Source of the DNA: a virus
Length of the DNA stretch: 64,000 bases
Virus record (IMG/VR): IMGVR_UViG_3300017917_002938
Span: 1-64,000 of that record
Strand: one strand, 5' to 3'
Shown here: piece after piece, positions 26,191-37,500 of the stretch
How the letters are laid out: every line of letters begins with the position of its first letter
How positions within the stretch are numbered: position 1 is the stretch's first letter
The notes under the pieces: generated by a model
The model's input: the letters and a program-made list of their open reading frames with translations, nothing else
The model's database searches: none
Told to the model about the DNA's origin: nothing
Made by a program: the position numbers and the translations under genes

Positions 26191-29100
26191 TTATTTTCTA
26201 AAAAGTGTTTTGGCTTTTTTATATGCCTTTTCAATAAACTGAGCTGTAACAGATGTTGCTAGCAACACTGTACAGATACCCCAAACTGCATAACCACGAA
26301 GTTTAGAGCTCTTTTCAACAGGCTTAAATCCAAGTCTACCAACCATCCAGCTTATCGGTAAACCAACACTCATTATAATCTTACCTGCAAGACTGCTTTC
26401 TTCTCGTACTCCCATTCTATAGGCCATCTCTTCAGCCCATGGGCGTGCAAGTTTATAAACATACTTAGTAGTTAAATAAGACGATACTTTATCGTGCTGC
26501 TCTTGAGTTAAGAATGGAATAACTCTTGGACCTAGTCCTTTACCGTCCATCCAATCCACAACTGTCTGTGCCCATGCTAGGTATCCGTTGTAAATATGCG
26601 GATGCTCTTCGCGTAATTTCTGGCCAAACAACTGATCAGCTGCATTAATGTCGTCTTCGAAGAATCCCATCTCATTAAGCTTAGCGCAGATGATCTTACA
26701 GTCGCCACCGCCGCCACCGCCACCACCACTAGGAGGAGGTGGAGGAGGTGGTTCAGGGGTGTTACGAACCTCAAGAGTTAGTCTCATTCTAAACTCTTCT
26801 GGTTTAATCTCGTAATCACCTGCATATTTAACATCGTAACCAGCACCAGAAATAGCAGAAGTAAATTTATCTTGTCTAATAACTTCCACTTCTTGATATG
26901 GAAGCATTAAGGTAGCTTCTTCATTATTAATAATACCTGGCTCACTCAACTCACCTGATACTTTAATAATATCAGAAATAACATTAGGATCAGTATAATC
27001 TAAACGAGATTGGAAATTATAAGTTGCACCCTCAGGTTCAGCCCATCCGGAAACGTAATCTACGTGTACTCTATACTCACTGGAAGAAGTATCACTACCC
27101 TCGTAACCGTTAAAGGTATCAATATAGAATCCATTCTTATGTCTATTTAGATAAGGATCTACAGAGCTAGGAATAAACAGCTCATTAGTCTTTGCTTCAA
27201 GTTGACTTAAGCTTGTATAGAATTCAATTTGTTCAATACGGCGTTCAAGTTGTCCAATATCCTTCATGGTATAACGTCTTGGTTGGAAGAACGATGTTAC
27301 ACGTTTTACGTTCTCAGGTGAGAATTGGAAGTCACGAATTCTCTTCAACGAAGGCTTATCAGTAAATACATTACGAGACATGAATTCAATATTAGTATTG
27401 GATGCTTGTTGCGCAATAGTCGGGAACGGAGGAACTATAACTGTAGTAACAGTAATGGCGCCGCTGTTAACTCCGTTTACTCCTGTAGGCAGAGGAGGTG
27501 GTATTAATGCTCCATCCGTAGAGGCAATACCTTCAACGTTAGTTATGACGCCGTTAGTATCAACTATAACTCTATCCATTCTTGGCAGATAGCGCTCGTA
27601 ATTAAACTCAAACTCAGAATCAGGTAGAGGGAAAAGTTTATCACTTGCAGAGAATGATAGCGTGTTAGATGGATTGACTGATGCATCTGCTATAGTGCTA
27701 GTAATATTAGCAGTAGCTACAGCGTAAGGTCTAAAGTCAATCGCATCTGAAAGTAAATACAGTTGTCCGGAAGTGTCTTGATAGTCAGGAATCTCTAATG
27801 GATTAATAGCGGTATTGCCGAGAGAAGCTCTTGTACCAGTATTAGAAAGAGTATAAGAACCAGCAGAGTAATAACCAGCTGTAGATGTAGTAAAGCAATC
27901 TAGATCAACCAACAACCAGTTTGTATTTGAGACTGCTACTCCTGCATTGTCTTTCTTTATTAAATGAGCAATATCATAGTAATCATCTTTTTGACCAGAT
28001 AGACCATAAAAATATCTAGTTACATTGGTGCTGGACGTATTAACGGAAGAGTTAGTTCCTAAATAAACACCATTTATTCTAAACACATCAGGTATGCCTA
28101 GACTCCAAGGACCATCTGCTCCTGCGCTGTTGTTAGAAAGATTAAGCTTAACCAGCACTCCGCGTTTTATTTGTTTGGATACTGGAGCCGCTGATGGTCT
28201 CTTAACATCAAATGTAACATAGGTAGTACTATTGGCAGCAATACTTACACTATTAGCTATCTTAATAGTCATCGATGTACCATCTCCGCTTGTATTGGCA
28301 GATACAGCAGGAGAAATCATCGGTATAGGGAAGTTAGCAGGGTAATGTTTTACAGCATATGCACCAGAAGTAGTATCATGTGGCCATACAGTATTCAATC
28401 CTACTCTGGTTGTACCTGTTCTACTTACCACAGTTCCATAAAGCTCATTATCTAAACCAGCATTGTTTTGAGATGTAATCTTTACATGATCACCTATTTC
28501 AAAATAAGAAGTAGCACCAGTGCCTACAAATTCAGAAGAACCAGTAGACACTTGAACAGCTACACCTACCGTGTGTTCAGCGTTAGCCAAAGGAACAACG
28601 ATCAGTTCTTGGCGTTGTGTTGGAGATAAAGTAGTAGAAGAGCCATATTTAATTACATCTCCTCCACCTACTGTAACAGTGATTTCACCATTGCTCGTTA
28701 ATAGTGCATTTGTCTGTGTTGTTCTGTATACCAAGTCAACACTACTTGTTGATTTGATTGCTTTAGCGCCTGTTCTAAAAATTAATCTACTGTTAGAAGT
28801 ATTTTTAAGAATAGCACCGTTAGCACCTGTAGATGGTTCCAGTTCTGTAATAATATCAGCAGAGCCTTTTATAGTCGATGTACTACTAATGTTACGAACT
28901 TGTTTAAAGTTCTTAGCAGCATTCATTCTAATATCATACAAATACATTCTATATGTTGCATTTGCAAGACCCGGAACACCACTATCAAATACTAATGATC
29001 TAACGCGAGCTGTACCTATTTGGTTACCCGGGGTATTGCTTAAAGGTATACCAACTAAAGGTGAGAAAGAACTAGAGGTAGGTCTTGGTTCAAGGGTTGC

Positions 29101-32100
29101 TTGTGAAGGAATAGTTATGGATACCTTAGCACCCGTACCTGCAAGAACTGGTACTTGACCAACTCTTGCTGCATCAGCCGTAGTAAACTTACCTACTGCG
29201 CTGGTTACTAGTGCTCCTTGACCTCCGACAGAAGTTACGGTAACGCTTGGTGGCACTACGTACCCATAACCTTTATTTGTAATGCTAATACCCGTTATGG
29301 TGCCCCCGACGCCAATAGACGACACGTTCGCAGCAGCAGCTGCACCTCTGCCGTCCTGTGGAGTAAATACCAACGGGTCACCTACATTATAATTAGAACC
29401 CCCTGATAGAATTGATACACTTAATAACTGTGATCCAACCTCGACTAACGGTTTACCATAGTAATGACCCGTTCTCCAAACTGGATCAAATGTTATAGCA
29501 TTGGTTGCAAATTTGCCGGTGCCGTCGGTAACTACTACAGCATTAGCGTGGGAGTTAGCTACGGATAACACAGAAGCATTGGCGGTTTTTGTCTGGTTTC
29601 GAATCTGAGTATCGCCGCTTGCATTAGAAGTAATGAATGGACCGGTACAGTTAACTAATAATATAGCATTAGCAGAAGTACATGCATAGGATCCTATTAC
29701 ACCATAAACTATGTTTGCTCCGGTTCGTTGTGATACTACGTCGTTAGCTGCCCAGGCTGAGCCGTTGGCGATGCTGGTGGTCGTTACGTAGAAAGAATTT
29801 GGTACGTTGTTCCCGGTAAAATAAACAACACCACCATTAGATGATGCTGAGTTTGAATACCCAATAGTATTAATATTACACTCTACCTTTGATAGGGGAC
29901 TGGTAACTACTATATTTAATGGAGTAGAAGTAGAGTTTTGAACGTATCCATTACCACCAGCTACAACTAAGCCTTGAGTTAATATACCTGAAGCACCAAC
30001 GTTAGCTACGATTAACGCCGTATTACCAGTGCTATAGCCGTTAATGGTAGTAGGATCGTTAAGAATAGCGATAGAGAAAGCATTTACATAACCAGTACCA
30101 GGCGCGCCCACTCTTGGTGAAGTTACATTACCGGTAGCTCGAATGGTAGGAGAAGAGGTATATAATCCAGGGTTAGTTATATCTACTTTTAAAATCTTAC
30201 CTGTAGAATCAACCGCCCCAATCTTTCCAGACGCGCTTGCGTCAGCAACAGCAGTAACGTTAGCAAAAGTGCTAAAGGCGTTTGAGTAAGATATGGATAG
30301 GTCAGCATTAGTACTGGTTACTTCAAAGGTACCTACGACTTGTCTAACAACCATTACTGTTGTATTAACAATATTCTGTACGATACCAGATGCAAATACG
30401 TTTGCTGTATTACCTTGTAAAACAATACCACCCTCGAAGAAACCTATAGCGGTGTTATCAACAGTAAGCGTTGACGTTGAAGTAAGCTGAGCTCCTCCGG
30501 TAAAGTCTAATATTTGACCTGCAGTGTATCCTGCGCCTCCATCTGCTACCACTACATCGGTTATGCCGTAGGAGACATAAGATTGAGCGGAGGTAGAGTA
30601 GTTCGTACCTGGACTGGAAAGCGCTACAGAATTAATAGTACCATTTGAATTTGTAAATATTCTAGCTGAAGCACCTGTTCCAGTTGCATCTGTAATTACA
30701 ACTGCTGCTGCATTAGTATATCCTCTACCACCATCTGTAATATCAAAACTATAAATTCCTCCTACTAGTGCAGCAGGATAGGTAGTTAAGAAGTTACGTG
30801 GGCGATCATATAAAGAAACATTTGCACCAGTTCTGATATTAAAGTAACCTGACACTTCATCTACGTAAACAAAGTTACCGTAGTTAAGAGAAATAGTCTG
30901 ATTGTTAACTACCGCAACATCCGTACCGCGACGAATATCAAGAACTGTGTTACGATTAGTTTCTAGTCTCTTACCATCGATATAAGCTTTACCAGGATCG
31001 ACCACAAGCTCGGCATGGGTTACGTTGGCTGTTCGTTTATCTTTTGTAGAAACTAAAAACTCGTCAATTACGAAATCACCAGCAGTCTCGCTGGTTCTTC
31101 TTTCAAACTCTTTTGCAAGAGTTCCGTATACTGTTGCTTGTTGTTGTCTAAACGGAAATCCATCTCTGAATTCCACGATAGGGAAAAATCTATTATTAGC
31201 GGCGGCTGAAGAAGTGTTAGTAACAATTAATGTAGGTGTTACTTTTAATCTGTTTGCACCAGGTGCTGACTCGTTTGGAGTTCCGAGCGAATTGTCTAAT
31301 AGCGAAGAATCAACGCTGCTGTTCACAATTGACTCAGCTGAGTCAAAGCCAATAACTGCATTATTTACATAAGATGAATAAGCATTAACAATGATAGTTT
31401 GAGGGTCAACTCTTAGGAATAATCCTTTTTGATAGATGATACCTTCCGTTACGCTGAACGCATATGCATTACCGACAGGCACAGTGTTACCAGCAACAAA
31501 AGTGCTATCAAGAACGGTAACTTGAGCCTTAAAGTTTCTTGGATCTAGGTTAAGATTAGTCAGTACACCAGTTGCTGTACGCACAGTCACATAAGGCTCA
31601 AAGACATATCCAGCACCATTGGTGATCATAGAGATGTCGTTAATAGTACCTTGGCTGTCAGTAGTCAGAGTAGCTGATACACCAGAACCAAGAATAGCAA
31701 CTACGTTAGCAGTATTGGATACACCTTGTAAGACATTGTACCCTCTTAGTATATTCCATTTCGAATTCGTTAATGAGGTGTTTGATAAGTCGCTGTTGAT
31801 AGGCTTAACACGAAGTATCTTATAGTCTGCATCCGTGTAGGTATCAAGAATAGGATCACCATTAGCATTTACGCTGCTAAGTGTGATAGTTCCAAAAGTA
31901 GAGTTGACAGACAGAACTTCTAGGTTAGCAGTAGAAGATTCTATAGTCTGAGAAATTAAGTTGCCTGCACCTATAGTACCAACATTAAAAGATACCAGAA
32001 GCTGACTGACAAATTGTACAGAGTCAGAATTTGAAAACCCTGTACCTCCGTTATCTACGTCTACACCGAAAATAATATCGGCATCACTATAAACTGTCAG

Positions 32101-32541
32101 AACATCAGTATTACTGAATGACGAAAGATTTCCTGTGTTACCAGAGTTTAGATAGCGAAGATAAAGGTAGTTGGTATCTGGGTCACGAGAAGAGAATCCG
32201 GTTTTGTAATTAATTACCCTTGCAACAAGATTAGCAGCATTTCGTACATTGAGATCTAGATATCCAGGCAGGTCTACTGGCTGGTTATCTAGCTGAACGT
32301 CTTGTAGTTTTACATAGTCATATTTTTCAATAAATTGAAAATTACAACCGCTGATGATCGTACCGCTTTTGAATACATGATCACCAAAGCGCTCTATCTG
32401 GTTTTGGAGGATAGTCTGTAATTGAGTTAACTCACGAGTTTGTACAGACACGCCAGGACGAAAAAGAACTTTATAATAGTTTTTATCCTGGTCAAAATCG
32501 TCATGATATGGTGTAATGTTTAAATTTGTCTCTATAGGCAT
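26191..32541 (-). CDS. DUF4815/VrlC-like large virion protein (2116 aa)
   Basis: TNLNITPYHDDFDQDKNYYKVLFRPGVSVQTRELTQLQTILQNQIERFG, APGANRLK, RRYTMKDIGQLERRIEQIEFYTSL, KNGFYIDTF. Confidence 0.85.
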   Translation of the reverse strand: MPIETNLNITPYHDDFDQDKNYYKVLFRPGVSVQTRELTQLQTILQNQIERFGDHVFKSGTIISGCNFQFIEKYDYVKLQDVQLDNQPVDLPGYLDLNVRNAANLVARVINYKTGFSSRDPDTNYLYLRYLNSGNTGNLSSFSNTDVLTVYSDADIIFGVDVDNGGTGFSNSDSVQFVSQLLVSFNVGTIGAGNLISQTIESSTANLEVLSVNSTFGTITLSSVNANGDPILDTYTDADYKILRVKPINSDLSNTSLTNSKWNILRGYNVLQGVSNTANVVAILGSGVSATLTTDSQGTINDISMITNGAGYVFEPYVTVRTATGVLTNLNLDPRNFKAQVTVLDSTFVAGNTVPVGNAYAFSVTEGIIYQKGLFLRVDPQTIIVNAYSSYVNNAVIGFDSAESIVNSSVDSSLLDNSLGTPNESAPGANRLKVTPTLIVTNTSSAAANNRFFPIVEFRDGFPFRQQQATVYGTLAKEFERRTSETAGDFVIDEFLVSTKDKRTANVTHAELVVDPGKAYIDGKRLETNRNTVLDIRRGTDVAVVNNQTISLNYGNFVYVDEVSGYFNIRTGANVSLYDRPRNFLTTYPAALVGGIYSFDITDGGRGYTNAAAVVITDATGTGASARIFTNSNGTINSVALSSPGTNYSTSAQSYVSYGITDVVVADGGAGYTAGQILDFTGGAQLTSTSTLTVDNTAIGFFEGGIVLQGNTANVFASGIVQNIVNTTVMVVRQVVGTFEVTSTNADLSISYSNAFSTFANVTAVADASASGKIGAVDSTGKILKVDITNPGLYTSSPTIRATGNVTSPRVGAPGTGYVNAFSIAILNDPTTINGYSTGNTALIVANVGASGILTQGLVVAGGNGYVQNSTSTPLNIVVTSPLSKVECNINTIGYSNSASSNGGVVYFTGNNVPNSFYVTTTSIANGSAWAANDVVSQRTGANIVYGVIGSYACTSANAILLVNCTGPFITSNASGDTQIRNQTKTANASVLSVANSHANAVVVTDGTGKFATNAITFDPVWRTGHYYGKPLVEVGSQLLSVSILSGGSNYNVGDPLVFTPQDGRGAAAAANVSSIGVGGTITGISITNKGYGYVVPPSVTVTSVGGQGALVTSAVGKFTTADAARVGQVPVLAGTGAKVSITIPSQATLEPRPTSSSFSPLVGIPLSNTPGNQIGTARVRSLVFDSGVPGLANATYRMYLYDIRMNAAKNFKQVRNISSTSTIKGSADIITELEPSTGANGAILKNTSNSRLIFRTGAKAIKSTSSVDLVYRTTQTNALLTSNGEITVTVGGGDVIKYGSSTTLSPTQRQELIVVPLANAEHTVGVAVQVSTGSSEFVGTGATSYFEIGDHVKITSQNNAGLDNELYGTVVSRTGTTRVGLNTVWPHDTTSGAYAVKHYPANFPIPMISPAVSANTSGDGTSMTIKIANSVSIAANSTTYVTFDVKRPSAAPVSKQIKRGVLVKLNLSNNSAGADGPWSLGIPDVFRINGVYLGTNSSVNTSSTNVTRYFYGLSGQKDDYYDIAHLIKKDNAGVAVSNTNWLLVDLDCFTTSTAGYYSAGSYTLSNTGTRASLGNTAINPLEIPDYQDTSGQLYLLSDAIDFRPYAVATANITSTIADASVNPSNTLSFSASDKLFPLPDSEFEFNYERYLPRMDRVIVDTNGVITNVEGIASTDGALIPPPLPTGVNGVNSGAITVTTVIVPPFPTIAQQASNTNIEFMSRNVFTDKPSLKRIRDFQFSPENVKRVTSFFQPRRYTMKDIGQLERRIEQIEFYTSLSQLEAKTNELFIPSSVDPYLNRHKNGFYIDTFNGYEGSDTSSSEYRVHVDYVSGWAEPEGATYNFQSRLDYTDPNVISDIIKVSGELSEPGIINNEEATLMLPYQEVEVIRQDKFTSAISGAGYDVKYAGDYEIKPEEFRMRLTLEVRNTPEPPPPPPPSGGGGGGGGDCKIICAKLNEMGFFEDDINAADQLFGQKLREEHPHIYNGYLAWAQTVVDWMDGKGLGPRVIPFLTQEQHDKVSSYLTTKYVYKLARPWAEEMAYRMGVREESSLAGKIIMSVGLPISWMVGRLGFKPVEKSSKLRGYAVWGICTVLLATSVTAQFIEKAYKKAKTLFRK

Positions 32542-32550
32542 TGTAACCTC

Positions 32551-34557
32551 TTAAAACTCCAAAACTAGTCTGATAGTTTCTGATTGACTTCCGTTTCTGG
32601 TAATGGGATCGCCGTGCTCCGCGTACAGCAAGTCTCCTGTACCGGTAACTATATCTGAAGTATATGATGATAAGATATTTGCTGTAGCACCGCTATCTTG
32701 TCCTGTAAGTGTATATATCGAGCCAGAATTGAAAGTTCCGTTAACTTGTGTCAAGCATACCAATGTACTATTAGCAGAATGCATAAAGCCGTTTGCATTT
32801 GTAGTAGATTGATATATTGGCTCATCATTAGCGAAAGTTCCAGACAGGTTTGAAATATAAATTCTTGTTCTATTATCGAACGTATTCCAGTTATTATAGG
32901 ATTTAGTAGGTTCACCTACATTTATGGCTGTTATTAATCCAGTAGCACCCGTTTCTTCACCGATGATTAGTTCACCAGTAGTAAATTTAGGTGTGGCATC
33001 AGTTACGTAAAGAACACCGCCTGAATAACCTGTTCTAACTGCTTGTGCAGTAATCGTGGCTAATGCAAATTTAGCATTAGTACAAGCAAATCCTACGTTT
33101 GAAGATATTTGTATGACTGAAGAATTAACAAAACTTACTTGTTTTATTCTTTGAACATTATTTGTAGTATCATATATGTAGATGTAATCACCAACTCTAA
33201 CGCTATTAGAAAAATCGGTACTTACACCTGCTGAATTAGAAAACGAGTTAGATGATGTTGTAACTGATACTTCACCGTGTAATCTGCTATATTTAAATTG
33301 GTAAATAATCTCGTCGCTTGCGGTGGAACCTTTTTCGTCTGTAAGAGAAATTTGTACATTATCAAATAAAGGATCTTTCAGTATTTGTATTTTTCTGTAA
33401 TCATTTACTACAGGTAAATAACCTGACTCATCTGTGTTATATTTTACACTTAAACCTATTCTCTTACAACCAAGTTCTTTTGCTGGATTAGTTCCATGTC
33501 CCCCTGATGGAGATATGAAAGGTATTAGTACTGCAGCATTAGAAGCAGCGTTTACTGAGCCCGTATTACCCGCAACAACCGCAGTAGCATAGGAATAATT
33601 ACTTCCTACATTCACCATTACTACGCTATTGATAGGGTAAAGAGTTCCTGATGCTGTATTAACAGTAGCATAAGCTAGTGCACCAGTTCCGTCTCCAGTA
33701 ATAACAACTTTTGGTCTAATAATATATTGAGTTGTAGCGTCAGGGGTAACTGTAAACGCACTATCAATTACCGCAATTCGATCTGTAGTATAATCTACTA
33801 ATGTTCTATATTGACCTGCCCCGGTTCCAGCCACGGTAATTATAACGCTACCAGTATAAAAATCTGCGTTTGAAGATCCTTGAGAGGATAATCTGTAGGT
33901 TGTATTGTTTGATACTCTTATGTCTGCACTACTAAAAGTACCATCAAGGCTTGAAATATAATTAGAACCGTTGGATGTTATTCCTACTACGGTGATAGCA
34001 CCATCTACCGCAGCCGCAGATACTGCCGTATTAGTGTACACCGGCATGTGATTAGAAGTAGCAAACTTCTCAAACGTTGCTTCTGGTACTTGATATAAAA
34101 ACTTCCACTTATATCCATCAACAGTAATAAAACTATCCGCAGAGGTATCAGTGTCGGTAGGTGCTGCGGTTGAAGTGCCGCCAAAATTATTATCTAAACA
34201 TTTATATACATTATAGACAGCACCATTTTTATGCACTACATAATACTGCTTTGTAAGAAGATCAGTATCGGTATGATTGTATCTTGCGTATACGGTGTTA
34301 GACGTCCAGGTGTATCTGTCAATCATATACGCAACATCATTAGACGTTATTTTTTTACCAAATATAATTTCTTGATAGGGATCAATCTCCACGTCTTTAA
34401 CGCTCTCGGTAGGACTGGGTACCTGGTCGTCTCCCCCGTCGTACTCTGTAGATCTTGATGCAACAAGATAGTACACGTTGTTGGCCGGCTCTGTAATAGA
34501 TTCAACCAATTGATCTACAACGTGTCTTCTAAAGTTTCTTAATACTATTTTTCCCAT
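32551..34557 (-). CDS. gp8: Baseplate wedge subunit gp8-like
   Basis: RYTWTSNTVYARY, YNVYKCLDNN, DGYKWKFLY, GGHGTNPAKELG, NDYRKIQILKDP, PITRNGSQSETIRLVLEF. Confidence 0.88.
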   Translation of the reverse strand: MGKIVLRNFRRHVVDQLVESITEPANNVYYLVASRSTEYDGGDDQVPSPTESVKDVEIDPYQEIIFGKKITSNDVAYMIDRYTWTSNTVYARYNHTDTDLLTKQYYVVHKNGAVYNVYKCLDNNFGGTSTAAPTDTDTSADSFITVDGYKWKFLYQVPEATFEKFATSNHMPVYTNTAVSAAAVDGAITVVGITSNGSNYISSLDGTFSSADIRVSNNTTYRLSSQGSSNADFYTGSVIITVAGTGAGQYRTLVDYTTDRIAVIDSAFTVTPDATTQYIIRPKVVITGDGTGALAYATVNTASGTLYPINSVVMVNVGSNYSYATAVVAGNTGSVNAASNAAVLIPFISPSGGHGTNPAKELGCKRIGLSVKYNTDESGYLPVVNDYRKIQILKDPLFDNVQISLTDEKGSTASDEIIYQFKYSRLHGEVSVTTSSNSFSNSAGVSTDFSNSVRVGDYIYIYDTTNNVQRIKQVSFVNSSVIQISSNVGFACTNAKFALATITAQAVRTGYSGGVLYVTDATPKFTTGELIIGEETGATGLITAINVGEPTKSYNNWNTFDNRTRIYISNLSGTFANDEPIYQSTTNANGFMHSANSTLVCLTQVNGTFNSGSIYTLTGQDSGATANILSSYTSDIVTGTGDLLYAEHGDPITRNGSQSETIRLVLEF

Positions 34558-34575
34558 ATCTTCATCCGAAAATAT

Positions 34576-34583
34576 TATTTATT
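34576..34583 (-). promoter_or_regulatory. Late promoter-like AATAAATA
   Basis: In the 30-nt gap upstream of the gp8 ATG. One mismatch to TATAAATA. Confidence 0.6.
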
Positions 34584-34587
34584 ATGC

Positions 34588-37500
34588 TTAGCTAACAGTG
34601 ATGCTTGAGTTTGATGGATTTTCTACTGTTATATCTATTGTCTCAACGCTTGTCTTCAGCACACCACCAAAATATTGAGTTCCAGCTACATGAAGAACTT
34701 CTCTTAAGACATCTCTATATGTTTCTATAGGGATTGCACTTTGCACTTCATAAGAGTATTCTTGGTAATAACTACCATCAAACAATTTTTTTGTATCGCT
34801 TAAAAAACCGTCAGTAGAAAGATACCTACCTTCGCCTACACCCTGATTAAGAATGTTCGTTTTAGCGGTAGCAGAGAATCCTTGACGGTTAGTAAATGAA
34901 ACAGTTTCATCTTGAATGTAGCCTAAACCAGAATCAATAATCTCTACATTAGTTACTGCTCCATTGGCTGAAATAACTCTGGCATCAATGAATGCATTTT
35001 CACCCATAGCCTGTGAACCTGCCTCAACGGTAACACTTTGGGCATTAGCTACAGTGCCGGTTACTGAACCTATTAATTCTTTACCTACAACAAAATCTTT
35101 AAATAGAGACTGTCTTCTAACTAATAACCATCCTCTTGGATTAGTGTTACTTATTGGTGTCGGAGTAGCAGATTTTATAAACCCTCTTACAGACGTTGTA
35201 AGTGATATATTGGTTACTGATCCGTTAGCCAATTGTTTACTTGTAATAGTTCTGAAAGCACCATTTGAAAACACACCGCTAATTGGATCAATCAAAACAG
35301 TATAGGTGTTAAGATCTACATCATAAGAAGCTGCATTCACTACACCATATACAGATGTATTAGTTAATGAGTAAACATACTCACCAGGAATAGGAAGTGA
35401 GGGCATCGTGTTTGACGTAAATACAGCGTCTGTATATACGGTTAGATCCTCACCTATTCCTTTAAGAGTTACAGCAATATTAGCACTGCTTCCAGAACCG
35501 GTTACTGTTACTGACGGGGTAGATGTATAATAGTTTCCTGTATTCGACAGAGCAACGCTAGTAATAGTGCCGTTAGCAGCCGTTGTAACGGTACCGTTTG
35601 CGTTTATGCCGCCACCGCCACTGAACGCTAATACATCACCATTAGTATAACCGGTACCTCCATTGTTAATAACAACGTTCGAACTTAATATACGACTCAC
35701 TGTATAGGAAGGTATTGTAGTGTATCCTGAGCCATTGGCTGATATGGTAACTGCAGTAATAGTTCCATTAGCATTAGTAGTGATGTATGCGTTAGCCCCT
35801 GAGCCTGTTCCGGTAAATACTACAAGCTCATTATTAGTATAACTGGCTCCACCGTTCTCTATTCTTACTGCTCTTATTTTATTTGTATCTGCGGCGTCAC
35901 CTTTAATTACAACCGAGGCTGCATTTGTAATACCTACTCCCCTGTTATTATATACTAAACTTGTGATGGTTCCGTTAGAGTTAGTAACAACCGAAACGTT
36001 CGCTTTAGCTATACTACCTGTTATAGTACTAGTAAACGCAGCATTAATGAAGAAGAGACCCGTTCCATAAACTGTATTACGGAATTGATGACTTGTATTG
36101 AGTGCTGTTCCATTAGTGTATCCCCAGCCTCCGTCACTTATAGTTATAGTATTTAATTGATTATTTCCATAATAATTACCTCCGTTGGAAGTTATAGGGA
36201 GTGCATTAGTAGTTAAACTGTATCTAGTACCTGTAGTCGATTGTATAACGGCTTCACCTCGTCTGAATAGACCGGGAGTACCATCATACTCTATGTACAC
36301 ATCCTGTTTATTATACGACGCTACTAAAGGTTCATAGGGGTACACGAACGGATCAATGTTGTAATTTTCACCCGGGTTAATACTAGTAAGAGAAGCAATA
36401 GAACCTATCGAGATATTACGGGAGTCTAACAAATCATTAAGAAGAGTTTTTAAGTGTCCTGTTTGATTTCCTGCAAACCCGTATGGGAATAAAGCTATTA
36501 CGTTAGCACCAGAGCCGCCGGATAAAGTTATTGTTGGATCAGATGAATATCCTTCTCCAGTATCAACTGGCACTATTACTTCAATAGTGCCTGAGTTATT
36601 AGTTACAATTTGTAAATTAGCGACAGATGATGGAGATCCTCCTGTGGTAGATGTGTATCCGTTTGTATACCCTGTACCACCATTAGCTACCAATACATCT
36701 AAAATATTACCAAATGTAGCATTCGCACCGGTTAATTTTACACTCATGAAAGGAACCGATAAAGTACCTAGACCGTCATTATTACCAGCCAATCTATCAG
36801 AAGTAACTGTAACAGTTTCAGCATTCTCAATAAAACCAATCTGGGCATTAGCAGTTTGTCCACTATAGATATTAGTTATTTCTACTTCTATGTCTGATTC
36901 ATCACCCTTCAATCTACTACCTACTCCGTAATAAAAAGTATTGCTTATGTCTATTAACCCTAGATGGCCACCACCAAACCCATATTGGCCTGCTGTCCAA
37001 CTAGTATGAACGTTAGAGCCCATCACATTACCTGATGCTGTTACGCTAGAATAGGAATTAATGTATCCACCAATATTAGAAGATGCTTTTATAGTACCAC
37101 TCACAAATCCAGATGTACTAATTATAGTATTAGATTCATTAAAAGAATTGCCGCTAGTGTTTGTTATTCTTAATCGTTTAGTGCTGGTAATGAAAGTGGG
37201 ATTGGCATTTCCAAGATAGAAGGTAACGTTTGCAACGTTAGAAAAAGCTGATATACCGGACAAGTTGCTAAATGTTCCTTGAACATTTGCAAGTACCACA
37301 TAGCTTACATTTGACTGATTAAAATTAGATTTCCAAGGCACACCTACAATATATCCGTTAGCAGTCGACCCTTGTCTTACAAACTGACCAGGAGCAAAAC
37401 CACCGGCTATAGATCCAGTATCTAATTCTACTACTACAGTATCTGTGACACTTTCAATTATACCAGTGGTAACGTTAGCAGAACCATTACTCTGTACAAC

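Noticed and set aside
26191-26705. Intein/Hint domain at the end of the 2116-aa protein
   Set aside because: No Hint block motifs (TxxH, terminal HN), and the segment looks helical. Reported instead as a different C-terminal module.
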